Positions 22,440-36,462 of a stretch of DNA of 64,000 nucleotides are shown in pieces (the first letter of the stretch is position 1; each line of letters starts with the position of its first letter). Made by a program: the position numbers and the translations under genes. Where the stretch lies: assembly GCF_000143415.4 (NCBI RefSeq), contig NW_003314347.1, positions 705,438 through 769,437 on the forward strand, read 5' to 3'. Source of the DNA: Selaginella moellendorffii. Taxonomy: Eukaryota > Plantae > Lycopodiophyta. The notes beneath the pieces were generated by a model. It had not been told where the DNA came from. It searched no databases and was given only the letters and a program-made list of their open reading frames with translations.

Positions 22440-24900
22440 TTCACAAAGTTGATGTTCGTCTCATGAAGCACAAGAGAGACGTTTTTGCCTACCATCACTT
22501 TGGGGAGGCGTTAGTGACTACTGCATATTTGAGGAATTGGCTCCCAACTGCTGCTTTTGCAGTGAAAGCTCCATATTGACCCTTAGAGTTTTTCACAAAT
22601 TTGTTGGTTATAGAGATGTAGAGTTCTTTATGTTCATGTGATTGAAGATATATTTCCTTTCAAGCAGCCTGAACAATCAACCCTTGCAACATGTTGATGG
22701 CTATCCAATAGCAGATGTTCCAGTTCCAGTACCACCGCCACTTATAAATTCACGTCCGCCGCCACCACTGCCTATTCCACCCCATGATGATGGTGATCAG
22801 CCTCAATCTCAAAGTGATACTTTTGGATGCACTATTATTGGACATCCCTGTTCTGGCCGTCCACTTCTCAGTTGGCCCGCCTAGGAAACTTAACAGCTAT
22901 TCAAGTCTAATTCTACTTGATGTTATTTTGCTGAAACTATTCCTGAGCCACAGTCAGTTGATGAAGCATTATCAAGTCCACATACCTCTGCTTGGAGAGC
23001 AGCCATGGACTCTGAGTACAACTCTTTAATGCACAGCAACACTTGAGTTTTGGTTTCCAAGCCAGCAGATTGGAAAATTACAAGTACGAAATGGCTCTTT
23101 CATGTGAAGTGCAATTCTAACAATCAAATTATTCGCAGGCTTTACACAGATTGTTCAACTTCACCGAGACTTACTCTCGCTAGCATTGGCAGTGCAGCAC
23201 AACTGGGAAATCCATCAGATGGATGTGTGTACAGTATTTCTCCATGGCGATTTAGATGAAGAGGTTTTTATTTCCCAGCCTGAGGGATTTCCTAAAGCGC
23301 CAAGGAAAGTGTGTAAACTTATCAAATCCTTATACAGTTTAAAGCAATCTCCCTAAGCTTGGTTCACCAAGATGGATAGCTTTCTATTCTCTATTGAATG
23401 CAGCTGATCAAAATGTTTATTACAAATGCTTTGGTGACTTGCTCATGATATTGGCTCTTTACGTTGATGATTTAATCTTAGACTCCAACTGTTGTAAACC
23501 AAGGAAGAAGAGAAAAACTCTATCACTCAGATATCGTCATCGCTATACATACAGAGGTGAGAGTCGTGATTCTCCAGATCCACCACGTGTCACCACGTGT
23601 CTCAGCCGTACGGTGATCTCACGGTGATCTCAGATGTACTACATCCTCACACCCCCACTCAGCCGAGATCAGCATGCGAAGGCTGGATCAGAAAAAAGAA
23701 ACTAATGCTAAACCACTGGGAAACCTATCTCACTCCCCCCACTCAGCCAAGAAAAGCTGAGCTCATGAAAGCAGCATCTTGTGGTGTTGAACAAGAGTAG
23801 CAGCATGTTCCAAGGTACCCAAGCTTGCACACAGCCCAGCTTGTATCAGGACCCGTCAGGAACCAGCATCTTGTTCCATGTCCGCCCACTCAAATGTGAT
23901 CTCTCCATCAGCCTCAAGGCCCTTGCGCACAGCAATTCCCAGGAAGAACAGAAGCCTCTTGGCAGCATCAGAAAATCTCCAGCCCAAGGAACCCTTCCCT
24001 TGTAGCAGCAAGGGCATCAGATCGTCTCCAGCGGTAGCAAGCAATGCCACAACCCTTCCAATTCAAATCCAGGCCAGTCTCGATCAAGAACCGCCTCCAT
24101 TTTAGGGTTGCCTGCACAAGACAAAATAAACAAGAAAATCTCCATCTTGATATTTGCAATTCACAGCCGCTCCAGATCAAGGGGCTCGTCATCTTCCTCC
24201 TCTTCCTCCTCCATTCAGCCCAAGATTTAATCCCTGACCTCCGATACCATGTTGTAAACCAAGGAAGAAGAGAAAAACTCTATCGCTCAGATATCGTCAT
24301 CACTATACATACAGAGGTGAGAGTCGTGACTCTCCAGATCCACCACGTGTCACCACGTGTCTCAGCCGTACGGTGATCTCGGATGTACTATATCCTCACA
24401 CCAACAATCTGTCTTTCTTCATGAGATTAAATCAGAGATCACATCTCAGTTTGAGATGGATAATATAGGCGAGGTTCAGTATTGTCTCAGCCTTCATATT
24501 TCGCGATGAGATAGAGTTCGTGGCTCTCTTTATCTATTTCAGCAGCAATACACTCACGAGGTTTTACAACCCTTTCAGATGCAGGATTCTACTCCAGTTT
24601 TGACACCTGATTAATCTTCATCTCTCCTTTGATCAGTCTCCAGAAGTTCCAGTTGATTGTGAAGCCATGCAACATTTTCCTTATCGAGCTGCCATGGTTT
24701 ATTTATTGGTCTGCACTCATCCAGATGCAGTGGCATTGTTGCCAAGTTTTCTGAGGCACATTGGCAGGCGCTATATTCAAGAGACTTGGTTCTTTGTCCT
24801 CACTTACTCTTCTATCCTAGATGCTAGCTTTTGTGGATTTTGTGATGCTGATTGGGCTGGTGATTTTGAGACCAGGAAATATATTGCAGCTTGCTCCACC
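22440..24900 (+). mobile_element. Degenerate Ty1/copia pol remnant (integrase, RT, RNase H)
   Basis: WGEALVTTAYLRNWLPT, ITSTKWLFHVK, LKQSP, LALYVDDLIL and GFCDADWAGD, with many stops and frameshifts. Confidence 0.85.
23490..24400 (-). mobile_element. TRIM-type non-autonomous LTR retrotransposon (911 bp)
   Basis: Direct repeats 23490-23651 and 24250-24400 with TG..CA ends; TSD CCAAC at 23485-23489 and 24401-24405; minus-strand PBS TGGTATCGGAG (24239-24249); PPT GAGTGGGGG (23652-23660). Confidence 0.92.
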
Positions 24901-25031
24901 TATAAGGAAGCAAGCAACATCTCGATCAACCGGAACCTGAGAAAGAGAACACTAAGAAGCACTTACCAATTGTAAGTGAAGAGATATGCAGAAGGTACGG
25001 TGAACAAAAATAACTCTAGGATAGTCGAATA

Positions 25032-26080
25032 TCTATAATAATAAGAACGAAGAACCCACACCCCCGCAGCCGTCCGATCCCAGGCCTGGGGCAGCCTCGG
25101 AAGCCATGGTTGTCGGCAAGGGGAGGCCAGCCCAGGCTCGGGCCAGGGCCGGTGGCCATGGTTAGCGGGAATATTGGTTCAATGTTGTGGTGGCCAATGG
25201 GCGGGATGCACATGTGGCTGGGAAGGGAAGAGGGTGTGGTGACAGGTGTTATGCCATGCACCCCTAGGGCTCCATGGCTGGCTGGAGTTTGAGGCCGCAG
25301 CTAGAATCGCTGTGCACATCAAGGAGGGTGGACGCGCTGCTGCTGGAAAAGACCAATGGCTTCTAGCGTGGTAAGAAAAAGTTCCATGTAACTGATTCAG
25401 TTTCCTTTCATTAGAGCTATGGCCCTAGTGACTCATGAAACTTTCCTGTAGAGATTTTGGAAGCCACTTCCAATGCACGTAAGTAGAACCGTGCCTGTCA
25501 CTGGGTCAGGCTTGATACTAAACTGCACTCCCATGAATTCTTTGATGTGTTGCAGCGTCTTGATACCGTAAGAAGAGAGCTTACCGACCCTGACTTTGGA
25601 AACATCTTCCGGGCACAGAGCACAGAGGATGAACAGCAACCCCTGTATGGCAAACAGGAAAGTTTGTGAGATCGCCTTCTTTCCTTTCTAGCTTCACAGA
25701 TAGATACCTGGTGAGTTGAATCTACAACTCCTCCCAGCTTTATCTCCTGTAGCAAGGACATGGCTGCTTGCGTCCCCAGGTCCTCTGGAAGCTGGAGCTC
25801 GGATGCTCCTGAATGCGTAGCCACGCACTTGGAGCTTAAAATGCAGCTAGTGGTCGTTTCTGCCACCAGTGAGATCCCATAGCCCGGAGATCTGTGTCAT
25901 GACAAAGGAAGCAAGATGAAAAAAGTTTACTTTGCAGCACAAAATCATGGAACTTACTTCCCGGACTCCGAACCAGTATAGTGATCAGTAACTGACGAGT
26001 GCTTGAGTTCAGGTAAGAAACATATTTCTAGCGCGTCCACCTCTTTGTAAATCACCCAACATTTGCTGGGCAAGTACTCG
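25032..26080 (+). mobile_element. Non-autonomous Helitron carrying RCL1 3' exons
   Basis: 5' end A|TCTATAATAATAAG; 3' end CCCAACATTTGCTGGGCAAGTACTCG|T. Both ends are shared with 9402-10479. Confidence 0.82.
25433..25990 (-). pseudogene. RCL1: Captured 3' exons of an RNA 3'-terminal phosphate cyclase-like (RCL1) gene, introns retained
   Basis: TDHYTGSESGK | SPGYGISLVAETT...PEDLG...GGVVDSTHQ | GLLFILCALCPEDVSKVRVGKLS...CIGSGFQN. The 5' part of the gene is absent. Confidence 0.8.
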
Positions 26081-26341
26081 TATCATCATAACTAAATATA
26101 CATGATCAAGAGACATATTTTAACAAAAACGATATAAAAAACTTTTAATACAAGTAGTCAGACATATTTATAAACTTACCCTAAGTACGTCTTTTGTTGG
26201 TATTTTTGAACGCCGGCTCAGAAGCTGGTCGCGCTTTAAGCGCTTCCTGGGTAATCTCTATCCGTATAGAGCATAATAAAATGATAATGTCAAAACCCTA
26301 GGGCGTATACAATATGTTAAAGATTGTTTTAGGGTTCTTGG

Positions 26342-29614
<3,273 letters not shown>

Positions 29615-29802
29615 AGTGGAATGGAACACCTTTAAATTATTCGTCGCATACGAAATAATGATTCGTCGGATATTCGTGTACGGAATACGGAATGATTATT
29701 CGTGGTATATGCGTGCACGGATGATTCCTGGCATTGTTCGTGGGTTTATTCGCGGGATAATACTTGCAACGTACGGGGGTTTAACCATTTTAGGGCACAG
29801 CG

Positions 29803-31576
29803 ATGGCATGGGAGGAGGACGCTTCGTGGATGGGATCGTCCATGGAGGGCTCGTCATCGGTGAGCATGGGGGTTCTAGCAGAAAGGAAGCGAAAGTCCCC
29901 GGAGATCGAGGTGTGCATCATCTCGGATGCATCGGATCAAGGCGAGGGGAGGAGGAGGAGATGCGTGAGGAGCTGCGGCGGCGATGAGAGGGTCCGATCG
30001 GGGTACCGGCTGCGTGCCAAAATCCGCGGCATTGAGAGGTTTGATCCCTTTGCATCGTCGGCGGGGGAGATGGCCAGGAAGAAGCGGCGCATGATGGAGA
30101 AGCGGCAGCGAGAGCTTGAGGATGATGCTGGAACGCCGCTGCGCGCTTGCCTGTCCGAGGGCTGTGGCGCCAGAACTCCAGTCTGGAAGGAGCATTTGGA
30201 TCGAGAGGGCAAGAAAACCAGTCGCCGCGAAAAGCCTGAGAAATCCAAGGGAAGCTCGAGGGAGAAATCGGAGGCCAGGGACGCTCTTCCCCCTCGTCCT
30301 CCTCCTCCTTCTCCTCCTCCTCCGCCTCCTCCTCCGCCTCCTCCGGTTGCAAAGCAAGCTCGAACGATTTACAAAGAGGAAGAAGCGAGAGTTTCTCCCA
30401 GCAAAGTTTCCGCGAGGAAGAACTTGGGGGCGACGATGAAAAAATCGGCAAAGAAAAGGTCGATGCTGGAGGACATGATCCGGGAGATCAACGAGAGGCA
30501 GCGAGTCCCAGGGATGGGAAAGAAGAGGAAGAAGAAGAAGATCACGGCTGCTGGTGCTCGCGATCGAGCTCCAGTGGAGGAGAAGAAGCCTTACGTCAAA
30601 GTGGAGGTTGACGAGCTCGTGCAAATGCGGTGTGAGGTGGAGGAAGGCCAGCGGATGCTCGAGAATCTCAGGCAAAAGGTGGAGGAAGCGCAGCAGGAGC
30701 TCAACTACAAGAAATCCAGAGTGGAGGAGCTGGAACGAAAGAAAAAGCTCGAGGACGAGAGGAACGTCGCTGCTGCCGCTGCTGCTCGAGGAAGACGAGA
30801 ACGAACAAGGCCTTCTTACTTTCCAGTTCACAAGGCGTTTGATAGAAGGTGGGACGATCCCGCTTTTGGTCCCGGTGAGGCGGAGGAGGAACAACAGGAA
30901 GAGTCCAAGGAGAAAAATGGCAACCAGTCGGATTCTTCGTCCTCGGACGGGAGCCTCGTGAGTTCTTCCCTTCCTTTTCCCAGATTTTCTTTGTCCGACT
31001 AAAGTTCTTGGTCTCTATCCCTCTCTAGCAGGTTGCGGTGAACAAATATAGCACTTCTCAAGACGCGGACGAGTTTCGTGACAAGCTTCGCAAGGAGCTC
31101 TCCCGGCCTTTCTGCCCGCAGGAGTTGCGAGAGAAGTTCAAGAGCGTTAGGCTTCAAAAGCCGATCATTCGCTCGCGTGATCTCCGTGGCCAGCGCAGCT
31201 GCCAGTTTCCGAATGGCAAGGAGGGCCTGTCTTACCTCGATCATCATCCAGGTGAGAAACAACAGCATTGTCTCCCACTTTGTTTCTCAACTCTGGGACT
31301 TACGTTCTTTTTACCAGATTTTGCAGCGGCTCTCAAGGTGGCTGTGGATCCAAAGAGCCAGCTTCGACTACTACGCGAGTTTTTCTTTTGGCTCAAGGTA
31401 GAAGTTTGTCTGGTTGTTTTTCCAATTGTGATTTCTCTTTATCTCTCTCGCTCCTTGTTGTCCCATAGCACGCGTGCGTGGAAGGCTCTTTCCGACCATG
31501 GAATCCACACAATCGTGGACTTCTACGCGAGAAGGGCCCAATCTCAGTGAAAGATGAAGTTATCGTCCTCGACTGA
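29803..31576 (+). CDS. Uncharacterised plant protein with Pro-rich and coiled-coil N-terminus and a conserved-looking C-terminal domain
   Basis: Long first exon, then spliced exons encoding SYLDHHPD...LLREFFFWLK|HACVEGSFRPW; stop at 31574-31576. Confidence 0.7.
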
Positions 31577-31725
31577 CGAGATCAAACCCGTAAGAGTTTT
31601 ACTCACAGACACTACGAGTTCCACACACAGTTGAGAATAGTGTACAGGAAAACCAATCAAACAAACATTTTTTCTGTAAGAAAAAGATGGTTTTTATCTT
31701 TGCTCAACATGGTGGACAAGATCCT

Positions 31726-33066
31726 CTAAAGTTTGGAGAGGTGGTGGATGTTGAAAGGCCACACATCGGAGCCATTTGGAGCAGCGAACCAAAATCTCCG
31801 CGCAGCCAAGTGGTTGAATCTTCCAGTCGGGTGGAACAAATCCCAGAAAACGTGCTCGGACGCGTTGGTGCAAGTCGGAGCAAACATGAAACACTCGAAG
31901 TAGCTCCCGAAAGGGCAGCACGGCGTGTTAACATTCGAGAATCCTTGCAAAAGCGAAGACAAAAAATGGTTTTTTTGCGAAGAACTTTGCGTGAGAGATG
32001 GAGATCTTTACCGTGAGCAGTGCCGTTTTTGATGGTTGCGGTCATGATCTCGTAGAGATTGGCGTAAACCATATGACTCTCGATGAGCGTGAGGCGGAGC
32101 TCCTCGACCATGGCGTGGAGTTTGCGGTTGTAGCTTCGCGCGGCACCGTCGTAGTCACTGGCGCACTGGCCGGGCGTCTCGAGCCTGTAGATGTAGAGCG
32201 ACATTGGATTGCATCCCAGCGCGGCCACCGAAGAGATGACGAACTTGCGAGCGTTCAAGCCATAGAGTTCCTGGATGGATCATAGAGTTGTAACATCAAA
32301 GCTCTCTAGAAAAGATGAAAGAAGGAGAGTGAGAGAGTGTCACTGACTTTGATCTGGCGACGAAGGATGGAGATGAGGAGGTCCTCGAACTGGTCGAGAG
32401 TGTAGTTTCTCTGGAGCGTGGGGTTCCTGTAGTAATTGTTTGCGAAGTCGTTGTTGCCAATGGAGATGTAGAAGATGGACTTGGAGACGAGCAGGGACGA
32501 GTTGTAAGCTCCCAGTGACGAGTCGAGCGCTTCCTTTGCCTCCCGGAAGTACTCGATTTGTCTATACAAGGGAGCGTGATCTCCCTGGAAGAAAAAAAAT
32601 ATAAAACCATTCGTCACGCAAAGATGACGGAATTGCAAAAAGATCTCACCATGCCAGCCCCAGTACTGTTGTGGATCCCTGCGCCTCCGGATCCAAAGTT
32701 TGCTCCTTGAAGAACGTTTCCTCCAGCTCCCAGGTAAGGAGGAGGGAATGGAAGATTCAAAAACGAAGCTTCAGAGACGAAAAGATCAGATTTTTCTTGT
32801 GAAAAAAGGATGAATTCACCATCACCTATGTAGTCGGGTATGAGCCTCCCGTCGGTGAATCTCCCCGTAGCTCGGTGCTGGTCGAAGTTCATCCCGAAAG
32901 GTGGGAAGTTTGCCCGGGAGAAAGTGTTCAAGTAGTTGTTGTTCCCGGCGTCCACCAGCGAGTCTCCAAACACGAACAATGCGGGAGTTTGCGAGTCATT
33001 CTGGCACGAGCCTCTGGGGAGCAGCGCAAGGAAAACCAAGGCAAGAGCTCCGCCAGCCATTGCCAT
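31726..33066 (-). CDS. GDSL esterase/lipase
   Basis: Signal peptide; [26 protein letters not shown] and FWDLFHPT blocks across five exons. Confidence 0.93.
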
Positions 33067-33480
33067 TCTTCCTAACAAACAAATCCAAAAGAGAGGATCA
33101 AAGAAAAGAGAGATTTTTTCTTGTGTGTTTCAAACTTTGGAGCTCACCCATGGATCATCCGATTCACAGTCGGCGCTTGCGGCAAGATCACAAGCACCAC
33201 TCCTTGTCGATGGATTTAAAGCTGCTGTTGTTGCAACGACAAATGTATGCTAGACTATAACACAAAAACTAAGCTTTGATTTTACCAGGAGCTGCCTCGC
33301 GGCTACCGGATTTTGTCATGGCTCTTTCAAAGCGCTCTCCCTCGACCTAAATCCACCTTGACGATACCCAGCCAAAGAAAATGGAAAGAGCGTGACCACT
33401 TTCTTTTCCTTCCTCGCAAGAAAGAGGGGGTGTCATCTTTCCCAGTTCATCAAAAGAAAATATCACAGGGACTCACAATT

Positions 33481-33565
33481 GGGGTGGTGGCGCAGTTGGC
33501 TAGCGCGTAGGTCTCATAGCTTCTGAGTTATCCTGAGGTCGAGAGTTCGAGCCTCTCTCACCCCA
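33481..33565 (+). tRNA. tRNA-Met (elongator, CAT) with an 11-nt intron at 33519-33529
   Basis: GGGGTGG...TCACCCCA acceptor stem; A box TGGCGCAGTTGG; anticodon CAT at 33515-33517; GTTCGAG T loop; downstream T run. Confidence 0.96.
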
Positions 33566-34227
33566 AAAGCTACTTTTGGTTTTTACATTTGGTTACAGTT
33601 CTTTGTAGAAGCTAACTTATTGTTCTTTTCTTTTGATCACAGGTTAAAAGCATATTGTGGAGATTTCGAGATCTCAGAGGATAGCTTGATATCAAATGGC
33701 TGTTTTTACCTTGTTTGTGATGATGTTTTTGGTGTCCACGCATTGTTATCAGCTAGAGAGTGATCCATATTGCGATTTGAGTCTTTTATTTCGATACTAA
33801 ATTGTAAGTGACGAAATTTTCCTTTTACTTTAGTCACTTAATCACACTTTCGACCATTTATAAGAATTTCACTCACAACATCTGTAAAGGTATATTTAAC
33901 TTTCTTATGCCATTAAGAAGTTTTGGGTAGAAATTAGCAAATCCTTGGTTACTTCAGGTTACCATTTCATCATCTGCAATGCTTGGAAGGCTGTGCCAGG
34001 ATGCCACGCCTGCGCAAACTAGACGCAAATGGTCAAGAGCGAGTGCTCTCTACACGGAGTATCAATCTGTGAAGCTAGTTTCTTCTCTCTTTGATAGAAC
34101 TATAGAACAAAAATTCTGCCCTTTTGATTGATTATCTCGAGCAAGAGAAAGAACAAAACTGTCGCGTGTTATAATGATAGAAGCTAGAGTTATTTTGGAG
34201 CGAGAGCGTAAACGAAGATCATATCGC

Positions 34228-36082
34228 CTACGCGGATACCTTCTCGGCGGGAGCCGCTGCCTCTTGGATCTCGCCAAGAGCTCGGCTGTCGAGCGCCATT
34301 CCCATTGTGTGAAGCCCATTGTCTACGTAGAACACGGTTCCGGAGATGGCCGACGCAAGTGGCGAGGCGAGGAAAGTGGCTGCGTTTCCAATATCATCTG
34401 TGCGAAAAGAGTATATAGCGAAGTAAGCAAACCAAGCAAGCCAAGCCAAAGTTTTTAACGCACCAGCTTCGAGATCTCTTTGCAGGGGAGAGTTTGCCTT
34501 GGAGTAATCGATCATCTTCTCAATGAATCCGATTGCCTTGGCAGCTCTGCTTTTCAAGGGACCTGAAAAGCATGTCATGCATGAGCCACAGCTTTAATAG
34601 ATTTGTAAGATTTTACCTGCTGAGATTGTGTTGACCCTGATCTTGTATTTCCTTCCGGCTTCGAACGCGAGAACCCGTGTGTCACTTTCTAGAGCTGCCT
34701 TGGCCGAGCTCATCCCTCCACCGTAACTGTTACATGTCACCACATTATGCGCAGTCGAGCCAAAGAGAGAAGAAACCAAAGACAACGGTAGTGTAGTTAC
34801 CCGGGAATGGTTTTTTCAGATGCCATGTACGTCAAAGAAATGACTGAGCCGCCTATAATGATAAAAAAACGATTGGAAATCTGCAAGAAAGGAAAACACT
34901 TGCCTTGATTCATAATTGGAGCAAAATGTCTGAGGAGAGAGACATGTGAATACGCTGATGCGGAGCTAGCCGCGAGGTATCCTTTCCTCGAAGTCTCTAG
35001 AAGAGGCTTCGACACCTGAGATCGAAACAAGGAACCACGATGAACAAAAGAAATCGACGATCAGGATTAGAGGAATCTGAATCTCTTACTTCTGGACCAT
35101 TCGCAAGAGAATGAACGAGAATATCAATGCTGCCAAAGTCTTTTTTCACGCTGTCCACCACTTCCTGCAGGCGGCAACATTGCGAGAACAAAATCGCTTC
35201 GATTCAAGCAATAAAGCTTTTTCGTACCGTGACGGTCCAGGCAGAAGCTCCGGCATATCTCTTGTTGTTTTTTATCTGGTGCATGCCACAAGGTAGAGTA
35301 AACAGCTATCATGGCAGCAATTAAAATAACAACTCACCTCATCCGGAACGTCTTCAGGGCAGTCAAAGACTGCATCCAGGGGGTACACTTTCGAGATCTC
35401 GAACAAGGATCCATTTGGCAATCTAAAAACCGGAAAGGGTCACTACTTCTACCAAAAGGAAAAAAAAAAAAGGGGAAAAAAACAAAGAAAACGCAAAAAC
35501 TTACTGTCTCGACTCATCGAATTTTCCTCTCCTCAAGCTGGTTTCAAAGATATTGAGAGCCTAAAAGAATAGAAAAGTTAGCACCCAACAGTTGAAAGAG
35601 AGCTAAACAAGAAACACGAAGTCATGAATTACCGGAACCCAGGTTCCCAAGAGAATTTCAGCCCCGGCAGAAGCAAGCGTTTTGGCAATCGCCCATCCAT
35701 ATCCTTGATCATCGGCCACTCCAGCGATAAATGCCCTCTTCCCTGCATGCGACAGAAACACGAGCAACAAAAGGAAAATTCACAATGCATGCATGAAAGA
35801 AGAAATACCCGTAAGATCGATAGCCAGTCCCGGAACTCCAGCCCCCGTTCCATTCGATCCCGCCGACGCCATGACGACACCGCTCTTAGCACTATTCCTC
35901 ACGCTGGAGCTGCAAAATCCGCTGCTTTTCAGTGCCGAGAGCGCACCGCTCCTCTCGAAAGGCCTGGCATTGAAGGAGACGACGGATCTGGCAGCATCGG
36001 GAGCGACGAGCGAAGCGACGGACGTGGACGAGGTGCCGCGCGCGACCGCGAGCATTCCACTACCTGCAATCAGCGACGCCAT
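34228..36082 (-). CDS. ENR1: Plastid enoyl-ACP reductase (FabI/MOD1 type)
   Basis: Transit peptide; [50 protein letters not shown] and VFYVDNG across many short exons. Confidence 0.93.
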
Positions 36083-36462
36083 TGCTGGATCGAAGCGCGA
36101 AATCCCGGGAGCTGCTCGATCGATCGCGAAGCCGCTGCCAAGGAAAACCTAGACGCGCATATACAAACACACACCAAAGAGCATGCAAACGGAGAGCTCA
36201 ATGTGGTGTCCTTGGCAAAGCCCCAGTGCAAATGTCCCGGTGTCCCTAGCATTTAAATAACACGCTCAAGGACACGCTCCACCGTCCCTTCCCATCCACG
36301 GTCCAAACAATTCCACCTTTGCTATAAACTACTCTCTTTTCCCATCCTAAAAAAAATAATGCCACAGAGAATTCTCGGGGAGAAGTTCTTCTAGCTCATA
36401 GAAGTTCTTCCAGATGATCTAATCCAATGCATTCTTTCCCTTTGGTATCGTATCTCGATCGA

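Noticed and set aside
29875-30894. Long antisense ORFs over GC-rich genes (also 6901-7728 and 45519-46313)
   Set aside because: Shadow frames of real coding sequence on the opposite strand, with no motifs of their own.
33566-33790. Possible dicistronic tRNA-Met/snoRNA
   Set aside because: T runs terminate Pol III right after the tRNA, and the TGATGA near 33718 has no matching CTGA D box.
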